A stretch of 64,000 nt of DNA from Felis catus (GCF_018350175.1 NC_058375.1:9796001-9860000), one strand, 5' to 3'. Counted from the stretch's first letter, positions 49,781 to 61,815 are shown. A program made the numbers and translations. The notes: a model not told the origin generated them from the letters alone.

Positions 49781-50631
49781 ACGCTTCATAAAAGTAAAGA
49801 CCTATTTCATGTCTTGCTGGGACCCTTGAGTCAATATGGAAACCTTTGTGGACTATGTTTCAGCAGCAGGACTTTTCAGCGAAGTGTGTAACAGGTAGTC
49901 ACAAAGCAGAGAATCAGTAGAACTGTTCCTGTTGAGGATCCTATTAATGGCTGTATAATCTTGGGCAGAGCACCTGAATTTCCCCTAAGCCCAGGTTTCC
50001 TCATCCAGGAAGGGGCATGTTAATATCTGTTACTCAGTCAGGATGTCCATGGAGCTCCTAGCATGGCTCATGGTATGTAACAGCCTGTTTTGAGGGGGCT
50101 TTTGCTACGAGACACGAAGCTTCATGAAACAAGTTGCTCTGAGCCCGGGGTCCCTTTTTCCCAGATTGCTCTCCCCTTTGCTTCTGCTTGTCTACGATGC
50201 CCGGCTGTGGTACTCTGTACCTTCTGGGAACTGTGGGTGATAACAGCTGATGGGTTGAGCCCGATCAGTCAGAGAATTGGTTCTTAACTCCTCTGGGGAG
50301 TATGAGCCTCAGCGAAGTCAAGGGAGCCCTCGGAGGCAGATCAGTTTAAAGTCTGAAAAGGTACCAGGGGAGATTTTAAAAATGTCATTATCAATGGTCA
50401 TATGACCATTGATTTGAAGTAGAGCGAGGTTTTATCTTTCCTAATCTAAAGAGCCCTAAGTGGCCTTGAGAGCCTTTTCGGTATAACACGGCATGTAAAC
50501 TAGCATTGCCCAAATGACTTACTTGTGTAGCCCCTCCCCCCAGCCCAGTCTTTGTCTACTGATGCAAAGCCCACGTCTGTTCTCAGATCCAGCTGACATA
50601 CTCCTTCCCTTAATTAAAGATTTCCCTGAAT

Positions 50632-50861
50632 GGGGCGCCTGGGTGGCGCAGTCGGTTAAGCGTCCGACTTCAGCCAGGTCACGATCTCGCGGTCCGTGAG
50701 TTCGAGCCCCGTGTCAGGCTCTGGGCTGATGGCTCGGAGCCTGGAGCCTGTTTCCGATTCTGTGTCTCCCTCTCTCTCTGCCCCTCCCCTGTTCATGCTC
50801 TGTCTCTCCCTGTCCCAAAAATAAATAAAAACGTTGAAAAAAAAATTAAAAAAAAAAAAAA
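50632..50861 (+). mobile_element. Young felid Can-SINE
   Basis: ggggcgcctgggtggcgcagtcggttaagcg head; tail aacgttgaaaaaaaaattaaaa…; TSD aaagatttccc. Confidence 0.96.
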
Positions 50862-51479
50862 GATTTCCCCGTAGGTCATAACCCTCACCTATATTGGAAT
50901 TGGGAAGACCTTTCATGATCCACAATTCACACTGTGGTGTTTTTCCTCTTCTTACAAGTTAGTTGTCATGTGTATTTAACATGTCCATTCAGATTATGTG
51001 TCATCTCTCCCACCCTTTCCTCGTTCCTCGCCTCCACCACCTTCCATGCCCCACCTCTGTTCCGTCTGCCTGTGATTAGCATTGTGTCAGGTATCAACTA
51101 GATAATTAATAAATGATCTTTAGTAGCACAGATGTAACAAAAGCCCTGTAAGTCAGTAGATGTTTTCTCGAATGTGATTTTCGTTAGACCTTTGTCTTTG
51201 GAGGTGTTTTTAATACCTGACCACATCTCTAGGAGAAATTGGTTTATACTGTAAATGAATGCAGACCAGATTTGGTATATCAGGAAGGCACGTATTGCAC
51301 ATAAGAGGGTATCTGCTGCTCCAGCTGATTGCTGGCAAGAGACATATAGGCTCAACAACAGCAGACCTGACGTGTGTTGAAACATTTGGAATCTGGGCTT
51401 TTAAAAACGTTGGTCACTGACTCTACAATGTTGCCCACGGATGGCACAGTACGGGGGGACTGGAAGAACAGGAGACAGC

Positions 51480-52280
51480 TCAGGAACAGATCCGTCGGTA
51501 TGGGTACTTGATAGGTAGTAATAGTGGGGTCACAGTGGGGAAAGGATGGGTTGGGAAGAGATGGTTTTGGGAAAGCTGGTTCACAGTCTTAAGGAACCCA
51601 GATCTGGACCTTACCCTATACTAGGTATAAAAGTAGGCTCCAGTTAGATAAGGCTTGCACGTGAAAGGTGAAACTATAAAGGAGGCTGACTTTGCCGCCT
51701 TAGGGAAGGGTGTTTTAAGCAAGACCCTCGAAACAGACTGCAAGTCAGAAAAAGCAATGGACCAGACCACATTAAAATGAAGTATTTCTAGTCTAGAAAA
51801 GACACCAGGCACAAAGGTGTCAGTGAGGAGATATCGGCAAGGTCCAAAGCAAAATCTCGCAAAGTCAAGGAAATCAACAAGAAAGAGAAGAGAGATGACT
51901 GGAAAGGTGGGTAGAGGCTACGAACAGGAAATGGGGCACCTGACTCTACCGTGGTCTTTTCCTGAAGAGGCAGCTGCAGTGTTAATGGACTTTCCAAGGA
52001 GGGCTCAATTGCCTCGTTCTTGAGGAAAGGCAAATCAGAACGATGACTTGTATGGCTTTTTATACCTGTTGGATTGCCCAGCTTTCTAATTTTTGCCAAA
52101 ATTATTGGTAAAGATGTGAGTAAGTCGGAACCGCGTGCATCCCTGGTGAGGGCGCGAACCAGCACAGCCATTTTGGAGTGGTTCTTGGCAGCATTTAATG
52201 AAATCAAATTTGCGTATATTTCCGAATCATCCCACCCCCGGGTATGTAGCCGGGGAAATTCTTGTACATGGCTCCCAGTT
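51480..52280 (+). mobile_element. Very old L1ME ORF2 remnant
   Basis: Decayed L1 phrases (atctggaccttaccctatac, gaccacattaaaatgaagtatttct, cagccattttggagtggttcttggca). Confidence 0.55.
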
Positions 52281-52597
52281 GATGCCACTTATCCTGGTGT
52301 AATTACGAGGTGCTTCCCTTCATTCACAGCATCCCGACTTGGGTGACATACTGATGACTGACCATTAGGTGGCATCATTACTGTGTTTACCGTCCCCGGG
52401 GGCACAGGAGGCAACTCAGGTGCCTGGCTCCCAGAGAGCCCAGTGGTAGGTTTAGTATATGGAACACCGTGGAGTGTGGGGGGGGGGGGGGGTGGGGCAG
52501 CAGTGGGCTGAGTGTGCAGAGAAGGGAGGAGAACCCATGGTTTTCCAAACAAAAGACATCTGCAGGTTGAATTACTGTATGAAGGTTTACCTTGGAT

Positions 52598-53220
52598 TGT
52601 TTTTAAGTTTATTTATTTGTTTTGAGAGAGGGAGGGAGGGAGATGGGCAGAGAGTGAGGGAGAGAGAGAGCCTGATGCAGGGCTCAGAGCCCAACGCAGG
52701 GCTCAAATTCATGAACCATGAGATCATGACCTAAGCCAAAATCAGGAGTCCGATGCTGAACCAACTGAGCCACCCAGGTGCCGCATTCTTTTAAAGTTTT
52801 TTCTTTTTCTTTTTTTTTGGGAGGGGGCACCTGGGTGGCTCAGTTGGTTAAGGGTCTGACTTCAGCTCAGGTCATAATCTCATGGTTCATGGGCTCAAGC
52901 CCCACATTGGGCTCTGTGCTGACAGCTCAGAGCCTGGAGCCTGCTTCAGATTCTGTGTCTCCTTCTCTCTTTGTCCCTCTCTGCTCATGCTCTGTCTCTC
53001 TTTCTCTCTCAAAAATAAATGAACATTAAAAAAAAAAATAAAGTTTCTTTTAAAGTTTCTTTTTTTGGATTTTTTTTTAAAGACAAGGAGCACCTGGGTG
53101 GCTCAGTCAGTTAAGCGTCCGACTCTGGCTCAGGTCATGATCTTGCCGTTCATGAGTTCGAGCCCCACACCTCTTTCAGATTCTGTGTCCCTGTCTCTCT
53201 CTGCCCCTCCCCTGCTTGTG

Positions 53221-53262
<42 letters not shown>

Positions 53263-53293
53263 AGTAAACATTTACAAATTTTTTGAAAAAAAA
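52598..53293. mobile_element. Cluster of three Can-SINEs: 52598-52782 (-), 52823-53041 (+), 53087-53293 (+, internal deletion)
   Basis: Three SINE heads with tails; the first two are head-to-head ~40 bp apart. Confidence 0.92.
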
Positions 53294-53297
53294 GACA

Positions 53298-53620
53298 ATA
53301 TATTTAGAGCAGTTTTGGTTTCACAACAGAATTAAGAGGAAGGTGCAGAGATTTCCCATAGACCCTCCTCGTGCCCTGCCTCCCCCCTAATCAACACCCC
53401 CCACCAGAGTGGGACTCTTGTTTCAGCTGATGAACCCACACTGATACGTGGTCGTCACCCAAAGTCTGTGGTCTGTGTTAGGCTTTACTCTCCTGTTGTA
53501 CACTCTACGGGTTTAGACAAACGTGTAATGACACGTATCCTTCCTTATAGTGTCATAGAGATCGTTCACCACCCTGAAGATTCCTGGTGTTCCTCCTCTT
53601 CATGCCTCCTCCCCACAACC
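53298..53620 (-). mobile_element. L1MC1-like 3' end
   Basis: tttagagcagttttggtttcacaacagaattaagaggaaggtgcagagatttcccata, same family as 45342-45681. Confidence 0.75.
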
Positions 53621-54679
53621 TACCTTGGGTTCTCTGTTAGTGGCAGCACAGTCGTTCATCGGTAGGATGCATTAAAACTTACGGAGCCACCAAGACGTGG
53701 GAACCCAGTCCGCCTCCCATCCTGTGTGGGGTTTTCCGCAGCTCTCAAAAAATCTGGTCTTCTCCTTGATTGTGTGAGACCTCGGTGGTCAGAGGGAATG
53801 GTCTCTGATGTCCCGTAACCCCATGCCTTGGAGAAGAACCTCTGTGTGCAAGGGAACGAATACTCCGTTGTTCAAGCTACCTCGGAGCGTGAACGTGAAG
53901 TAGACCTCGTGTAACTCTTGGGGGATTTTCCAGGCTTCCTCTGCCTTGCCTTGACCATCCCACATGACCCTCTGAACATCCCTGGGCTGGCAGAGAGCCT
54001 GAATGGAAAGCGCTTCTGTTTAAGAGCCTTTTTGGCCCACAAATAAGTTGGAACTTTACCCTCTGTATCTTAAATATGGAATAGGCAAAGAGCCAAAGTC
54101 GTCCCGGGGAAACAGACATGGGGGCTGCTGTGCTGCGTGTCGTGTTCTCTGTCCTGGTGGCTGTGGTGCCAGGGTCCCACCAGCACTGCAGCCAGCTCCC
54201 GCCCAAGAGTATCCAAAATGCTGGCTGGAGAGGGTGCGGTGTCTTTCCTTCTCTCTCTCTGTCTCTCTCAATCTCTCAAGTTAGCACCTTTGTGATCAGC
54301 AGATGGGATATCAAAATAAAGACCTAGCACCCACTGCCACAGCTGTTGTAATCATGTGAAAGGTATTTCTCCTTCCTCTCCCCCCTTCCCAGAGACACTG
54401 TCCCTTTGGGGGGGAGCAGGTGGATTGTTCTGTGCCCAGAATAGCACCCGGACAGACCATCCCCGTGTCACCCATGGGGGACGTGTGGCATTTGCCCCCT
54501 CTTCTCTTCTTGGTCTTTGGGTTTGTCTTGGTGGCATTCTCCTCTCCCGCAGGCTGGCACTTCCTGGGCTGCGGGCATGAAGAGGTTACAGCAGCCAGGA
54601 GCCTGCTGGGCTGAGTTAGCACTTCCCTCTGCATCCAGAATATCTCCAAGTACCGTCCCTTTTGCATCACGAAAAGGGG

Positions 54680-55820
54680 TGGTGGTGGTGCGGGGGGGAG
54701 GGGGAGGCGGGGGGGGGGCCTGCAGGCGCAGGTCGGAGCAGGGGCTCTTTAACCGTGTCTCGTTCTCCTCCCCACAGCCCTGCCAGGAGGGGGACGCGGG
54801 AGTGAAGGATGAGCCAGGGACGCCGCGCTCCAGAGCCGCAGAGTGCCCGCGCTGCGCCCGCCCGCCGCGCTCTCCCCGCCTGCATCCGGCCGCCCAGGGG
54901 CGCGGGGACGCTGCCGGCCGCCGGCCGCGGGGCCTCGCCTGCGGGAGAGGAGGGCCGGTGAGGCCAGCTCTCCGGGGGGCGCCTGAGCAGCCTGGCCCCC
55001 TGCCCTGCCCCCCTGGCAGGAGACCCGAGGAGGCAGCGCTTTTCCTGCAGCCGCCGGGCACTTGCTGGGGCCTGAGCTCTCCAGCCGGCGGCCGCCAGGG
55101 AGCAGCCGCGAGGACTCCGGGGACTCCGCATCCCAGTCATCCCTCCCCGACGAGAGGAAAGGACTCCTGTTGGGTGAAACTTCGATTTCCCTGTGCGTCT
55201 GACTCGGCTAGGCTAGCGTGCACCATCTGCCAAGCCAGAGAGGGTTTCGTTTTTCACCAGCCCGGTGTTTGAGAAAACCCGCAAGGAGTGAGTGGCGAGA
55301 GGAAGACGCGTTATAAACTTCGGGAGCGGGGACGTTTTCTTGGAAGTGACGGGGAGCCTCAGACCTGCGGTTCCCGGGGCCGGTGGCGGCGGCGGCGTCC
55401 TTGGCCTGGACGCTCTGAAGGGTCCGGCCGCTGCCGCGTGACCAACACCGAAGACCCCGGAAACGCCATGGATTCCACGCTGGCACCAGCCGGTTCCGCC
55501 ACGGGCCCGGTCACCTTCTCCCACGTCTTCGGTCAGCAGTGCCAGCTTATGGAAGCAGGTAGGAGGGGTGTCGTGTGGGGAGAGGGGCGCCGTCCGGGAG
55601 CCCCAGCGGCGGAGGCCCGTGCGTCCGTGCCTGCTTGCGCTTCTCCCTTTGCCTGGCACGTTCACTTTAAAGTTTTGAGGACACGCCAGCAGACTGAATG
55701 TGCCACTCAGGCATGGTGAGCAAGGGCCCCCATTTGTCTCGCCACCTCTTTCCTCTCGTGGCCGCCTGGAGGGTGAGGGAGAGCACGTCGGGGGGCGGGA
55801 TCTGATGACGCGGGGGCTGT
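54680..55820 (+). promoter_or_regulatory. KAZN: CpG-island promoter of the upstream KAZN first exon, with TATAAA at 55312-55317
   Basis: Very GC/CpG-rich 1.1 kb with GC boxes; TATAAA ~150 nt upstream of a strong-Kozak ATG (GCCATGG at 55465-55471). Confidence 0.75.
55468..55558 (+). CDS. KAZN: First coding exon of long kazrin isoform (MDSTLAPAGSATGPVTFSHVFGQQCQLMEA, phase-1 donor)
   Basis: GCCATGG start, 30 codons + 1 nt, donor CAG|GTAGGA at 55558/9; peptide recognised from memory as the N-terminus of N-extended kazrin isoforms; KAZN is the gene downstream of PRDM2 on the same strand in human 1p36. Confidence 0.75.
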
Positions 55821-56619
55821 GGTTCTCTTTCAGGGGGTGGGTGCCAGTCCTAGACTGTCCGTCCATCTGTCAGCTGGCCTCTCTCTGCTGCTGAGGAGGG
55901 TGTGCGAGCCGAGCCTCCTCAGTCAGTGTTGAGTAACTTAGATGCTCCTGAGGGTCTGTCCTGCAGCCTCTCCCGGCCCTTGGCTCTGCTGCGGGGAGAG
56001 CTCGCTGCCCTTTGCTCCTGACTTTGTCTTCCAAAGGCTCACGTTTTGTACAGAAGGGAAACTTGGTGTGGGCCGCAGCCTTCCTGTCTGCCAGCCATCT
56101 TGCTCGGATGTGCGTTTGGTCACAGAGAAAACCAGGTGAAGGGGCTTGGCCTGCTGCAAATGGTCACGGGGCTGGAGCCCACAGACCGGTGCTCGATGGG
56201 TGCGTACGATTCTGCTGGAGTCACACAGGATTCTGGGTGGCTTCATCTTGGCCTGGTTCCCTGCTTTCTGGGTTCATTCCTGTCGGGAGAAGGACCGCGT
56301 CTTCCCCAGAGGTTCTGTGGGTGTCCAAGTGTTCATTGTGCATTTTGGCCGTGAGTCTGGAAGACCATGAGAAGAGCACTGTATTAGGAGTCTGGGGGCC
56401 TGTGTCCATGCTGATGCTTTCACGGGGTGGTTGCATGATTTTGGCAATTGCAGACCCCTCCCCTCTTCCTGGGCCATCCGTCTGCAGCTGCAAAGTGAGA
56501 ATTGGTCTCACGGCAGCCTGATCCAGCCAGACCTTCAATGCTGGGGGCTCAGAAGAACCCACACACTGGAGAAAATAAACGACCTGGTTTCCAAGGGTGC
56601 TATGTGTCTGCGCGAGGTG

Positions 56620-57100
56620 GCAGCTCACGGAGCGGGCGAGCGAGGGCTCTGGAGCCAGACTGCCAGGTGTCCCAGCTTCACCCGTTACCAGCTGTGTGAC
56701 CTCAGGCAGGTTACTTGGCTTCTCTGTCTCAGTTTCCTCATCAGTAAACTTTTTTTTTTTTTTAAGTTTATTTGTTTCTTTTGAGAGAGAGAGAGCAAGC
56801 CAGGGGTGGGGCAGAGAGGGAGAGAGAGAATCTCAAGCAGGCTCCACACGACCGGCACAGAGCCCGATGCAGGGCTCAGTCTCACAAACGGTGAGATCGT
56901 GACCTGAGCTGAAACCAAGAGTCAGAGGCTTAATCGACGGAGCCACCCAGGCACCCCCAGTTTCCTCATATGTAAAATGGACACTACTAGACAAACTCAC
57001 GTAGTCATTGCGAAGTTTACGTCGGTGCACGGAAAGCCTTAGAACTGCCTGGCGCTCGGCCGACACGCTGAGTGGCAAGTGTTTATTAATGTGTCTAGAG
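56620..57100 (+). mobile_element. MIR split by a Can-SINE (56750-56958, minus strand, TSD cagtttcctcat)
   Basis: gggctctggagccagactgcc…ctgtgtgacctcaggcagg…cagtttcctcat[SINE]cagtttcctcatatgtaaaatgg. Confidence 0.85.
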
Positions 57101-57571
57101 GATGTGGGGAGGGCTGGGCACACATCCTTCCACGCACCAGTGAAGGCATCCCTGATTGCAGAGAGTAGGATGGTTGCCTTCGGTTCTAGGAGATCGAAGC
57201 ATCCAACCCCCTCCTCTCCACAGGCAGTGTGACCCTGGTTTGTCCGGAAAGTTGAGAATCTCCCACTCGATGTATCTGTGGATTATTCGATCTGCAGTGG
57301 TTTATAGGTGCCTTTACTTCCACATAAGAACCAGGGCTTGGGAGCTTGCCTGGACCAAGGTTTCACACCCCTTTCTACTTCTCTGAAGTTAACTGTGGGA
57401 AGGCAGATCGGATTTCTACAGTGCCTCGGTGCTATCCCCTGTGGCTTTATTCTCTAAGCTTTTAGAACACCCAGGCCTAAATCAGGCTGTGAAATCCTCT
57501 GTCTCCTTTAAAAAAAAAAAAAACCCAAAAAACAAAACCAAAACTGTTTCTGTCAAGAAAGCAATGCAGCA

Positions 57572-58004
57572 GGGGCGCCCGGGTGGCTCAGTCGGTTAAG
57601 CATCTGACCTCAGCTCAGGTCATGATCTCATGGTTTGTGAGTTCGAGCCCCGTGTCGGGCTCTGTGCTGACAGCTCGGAGCCTGGAGCCTGCTTCGGATT
57701 CTGTGTCTCCCTCTCTCTCTGCCCCTCCTCGACTCATGCTCGTGTTCCCACAAGCTCTCTCTCTCTCAAAAATAAACATTAAAAAAAGAGGGGGGGGGCG
57801 CCTGGGTGGCTCACCTGGTTAAGCATCCAACTTCGGCTCAGGTCATGATCTCATGGTTCGTGGGTTTGAGTCCCACACTGGGCTCTGTGCTGACAGCTCA
57901 GAGCCTGGAGCCTGCTTCGGATTCTGTGTCTCCCTCTCTCTCTGCCCCTCCCTGCTCATGCTGTCTCTCTCTGTCTCTCAAAAAATAAATAAATGTAAAA
58001 AAAA
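57572..58004 (+). mobile_element. Tandem Can-SINE dimer inside one TSD (aagaaagcaatgca)
   Basis: Monomers 57572-57787 and 57790-58004; TSD 57555-57568 / 58003-58016. Confidence 0.93.
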
Positions 58005-59013
58005 GAAAGCAATGCAACGTAGACTAATAATGACCAGCAGTCTCAAGGGAGAATGCTCTCCCTGGAGAAAGGCAAAGAGGAATAAGAACCAAAAAAGTTA
58101 AGTCAAAAGAGCTCAGTCAATGAAGAGGTGAAAGGGGTTGAGAGAAAATGTAGACCCCTCTCCAGCCAGCCATTGATAGTTCAGCTGGCATCACAAATGA
58201 GATCTTCAGCGTGGGAGAAATGATTTCTCAGCTTCCAGGGGCTTCCCGCCATGTTCGTGGCATCTGCTCCCCGGGGGTGGTGCAGCCATCAGTCACACGT
58301 CCTCACTGAGCACCTACTATGTGCTTTCTCTCCATACGGCTTCAAGAACTACAGAATCTGGAGAGTAGGTCAAAAGGAAATGATCTTGCAAGGAGACGAT
58401 GATCTACCTGGTAAATGTAAAGCCTACTGAGGAAAAGAGAATTATGCAGGAGGTGGCTTTTTCACGATTCCATTTTTGAATAACGGTTCCTCCATGTCTC
58501 ACCTAAACTCTCTTACTTAATTTTCAAAAATCCTAACCAATTTCTGCAGGCGAGGGAAACACTCAGGTTGCCTGCCGTGCCCACATTCATCCCACTAGGA
58601 AGGGGCTGAAGGGGAAGGTGAACCCTGGTCAGATGCCCAAGCCTGTGCCTTTAACTGCTAAAGCATGTGGTCCCCAGGGATAACTTGGCTTAATCTTTTG
58701 GGTCTGTAAGTATCCCATGACTTAGGAGAAGTTGATTCCTCATAGATGGAGTAGTCAGGGATGTTTAGTGGGGTGGAGATAGGGGGGAAGGGGCATAGAG
58801 GGACCCATCGGATTTAGGGGGCAGCGAGAATGCCCCTGGGCATGGGTGGGGCCACTGAGAACTCTGACCCAGTTAGTGGCGGTGGGGTTGTGAAGGGTCT
58901 GGTGGGGCCATGGAAAGAGCATGGAGTTCTTTCTTATTTAGTCCCAATGCAGCTTTTTTTTGCATTGGCTGTTTGCTGGTGGCGTGAACTTGATGAACCC
59001 CCAAACCCTAGAC

Positions 59014-59239
59014 CAGGAGTTGGCAAACTATGGCCCTGGAGCCAAGTGTGGTCCACCAGTTGCTTTTGTAAATAAAGTTTTATTGGTACACATCTGCATC
59101 CATTCACGTGCATTTTATCGGTGGCTGCTTTTGTCCTACAACAGTAGAGTCGAGTAGCTGTTACTAAGATATTGTGGCCCAGAAAGCCGGAAATATCTAC
59201 TCTCTTGCCCTTTGCAGAAAAAAAGTGTGCTGATCCCTG
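59014..59239 (+). mobile_element. Full-length MER58A (hAT-Charlie) with perfect 8-bp TSD ccctagac
   Basis: Termini caggagttggcaaac…tgctgatccctg; TSD 59006-59013 / 59240-59247. Confidence 0.9.
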
Positions 59240-61099
59240 CCCTAGACCAACATATGTAGCACAGAATGGGGCTAGACAGAATGGGACAGTGTGGGGCGGT
59301 GTGGGAGCGCTCACACGATGCTTCCGTGCTGAACCTTTATGCTACATGGTTCCTTGGTTTTCTTATTTCCTCCTCCGGCACCCCACGCTGCTTCACCATG
59401 CACAGTAGGCGTTGCTTTAGGCAGGAACTATTTCGAGCAGGTCTCACAGCTCTAGTAAGACTAGCTTCCACTGTGTTCCCAGATCTGCAGCCCCTGTGCT
59501 GGGCTAGGTGGTGCCTGTCTCCTCTCTATGGCCACCCGGCAGGTAGACGGTACTTTTTCTATTTAACGGGTGAGTTTAGATGTTGGCCGACTTGGGACTT
59601 AAACCCCGGTCAGCCCGCCCCCAAAGCCTGTGTTCAAAAAGGGCGATCCTGCAGCTTCTGCAGAGGGTTTTTTGTTTTGTTTTGCATTTTTTAAGGATGT
59701 GGAGAGTATGGCGTCCTGGCTCTTTCTTTAGCTCTGATGGTGTCGTTCACCCTCGTCCCCCTCCAGGGTCCTCCACCCGTTTTGGGATGCCTAGCCCCAC
59801 GAAGCTAGTTCTCTTGGGTTTCTAACCCCCAGCCCAAATTTCTCCCCTTTCCTTTGGGCCCTGCTTGTAGCCCGAACGGGACGGAGGGACGTCAGCCCGG
59901 CCAGGCAGACGTGACTGATGGAGGCCGTTGTTTGTTCTTCAGGGCTCCTGCCTGATTTCCGTCAGTGGGGAGCTTAAGGCCACTCTCCCAGGCAGGCAGG
60001 CCACTGGGGAGCTCACAGCATTCCGCGTCACTGGTTTCCGGCTGACTCCAGCACCTGACAGAGGATTTGGGGAGGGGGCGTGGAGTCCAGATTCAAGCCG
60101 GTGCTGTGTTGGTCTCAGGGTAGCTGAGTAACTCCACCTGCCCGTCTCCTCCTCGCCCCCACAGCGTCGGATGGGGGAGACCCTCTGACCTGGTGTTTGA
60201 CCGGGTCTCCGCTGCCGGCTCTCGACTGACCCCCGGGCCTGATGGTCTGCAGACCATGGCTCCCGGAGGCTTGGTCTCTGGTACCGGGCTCTGACTCGCC
60301 AAGCTGCCCCCGTGTCATTCTGGTCCGTTTTCCAACCTGTCTGACTTGGGTGGAAAGCATTTCTGCAGGGCTGCTTTCCTTGACCAGAATGACTGAAGTC
60401 ATTCTGTCCAGTATATCCCGCTGACGTTGCCTGAATCCAGGCCCAGCTCAAGGGGGAGGGTGGCAGAGAGGAGGGAGCAGGAAGGCGGACGGACGTTCGC
60501 ACCTGGACTGCCGCTGCTCTGCATCACTCCTGGGTTGCCGCTCAGAAGCCACCCACTAGCTCCCCATTGGCACCATTAATTAAGGGCCAGTTCCTGCTCT
60601 GTGCCACACAGAATCTCAAATGTATGCAAGTCATGTCTGTCTGTCTGTCTGTCTCATAACTGAGGCCAAAGCCCGGGGCCAAGGTCCAGTCATCTTTTGG
60701 CTTTATTACCTCGTTCCTTCCGAAGGCCCCCTGTCCTGCCTGTTGGACAATATAGGGGTTTATCTGAACCTGTTTGGAAGCCGCTTGCCGTATTTAGAAC
60801 CAGGAAAGGAGAGAACCAGGAGCTGGGCCATCCGCCGTGAGCTGAGCACACCGGGTCCTTTGCAGAAGGAAAGCAGATGAAGAAGAGCAGAGGAAAGAGC
60901 CCTTTTCCCCGCATTACCATCTGTGGGAGGGGGGACACGGTTTTAAGGTTTCCCCAAGAGACGGCTGTCTCGGAGCTGTTCCTCGTCTGGCTGTCTCTGA
61001 GGTGGGAACGTATGTTTGGACGTCCTAGATGAGGAATCCTCATAGTGACGGCTGGCAATTGAGCACAGCCATAGCTGACAACGAGGTGCTTCTTCTGGG

Positions 61100-61290
61100 A
61101 TGGTCACTATGCTAAGTGCTTGCACCTTACCGTATCTCCTCCCCGTCGCATCCGTGGAAGGTTACTAAAATCACCCCCATTTTACAGACGAGGAAACTGA
61201 GGCCCGTAAAAGGAAGTATTGCTCCTAACTAGCCAGCGGTTGGGCCAGGCTTCAAGTTCAAGCCATCTGCATCCAAAGTCTGTATTTGTT
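61100..61290 (-). mobile_element. MIR SINE
   Basis: cccattttacagacgaggaaactgaggc core. Confidence 0.7.
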
Positions 61291-61778
61291 CCCGTTCTTC
61301 TGTCCAGACTCTGTCGAATTCCTCAGCTCACCAGGGATTCGTCTCCGGACGTATGAACGTCTGTGCCAGCAAATGACTGTTTGCGGAACGAACACGAACT
61401 CTGCAGTGATAAGAGTTACCGAGGACGACGTCCACCTCCAGGAGTTTGTCGCTTAAAGGGGCTCTAACCCACATCTCGTGTTTCCACAGTTATGCACAGT
61501 GTGTTGTGATTCCCGTTCCTTGGTGCCTTCAGATTCAGCCCTGGGGGGTCTCCAGCTCATGACATATCATCTTAGCCGTCTCCCAGTCCTCCAAACCTCC
61601 TGCGGTGTTGGGAACATTGTAGGCGTTATCAGTGCGACAGTGGCTCAGTGGCGTGTCTGTCGTGACGGAGCTGTTCACCCCGTGGCACGATCGTCGTCAA
61701 TCTCAAGAGAAGCTGTTAGCACAGTAGGGTGGCGTGAGTGGGAGCTGGCAAAGCAGACTTGTGTTTACGTTCGTTCTC

Positions 61779-61814
<36 letters not shown>

Positions 61815-61815
<1 letters not shown>

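Noticed and set aside
54468-55866. Long ORFs on both strands over the KAZN CpG island (251, 197 and 217 aa)
   Set aside because: Stop-poor GC-rich DNA giving Pro/Gly/Arg/Ala low-complexity peptides, mostly non-ATG starts; only 55468-55558 has a Kozak start, a donor and a recognisable peptide.
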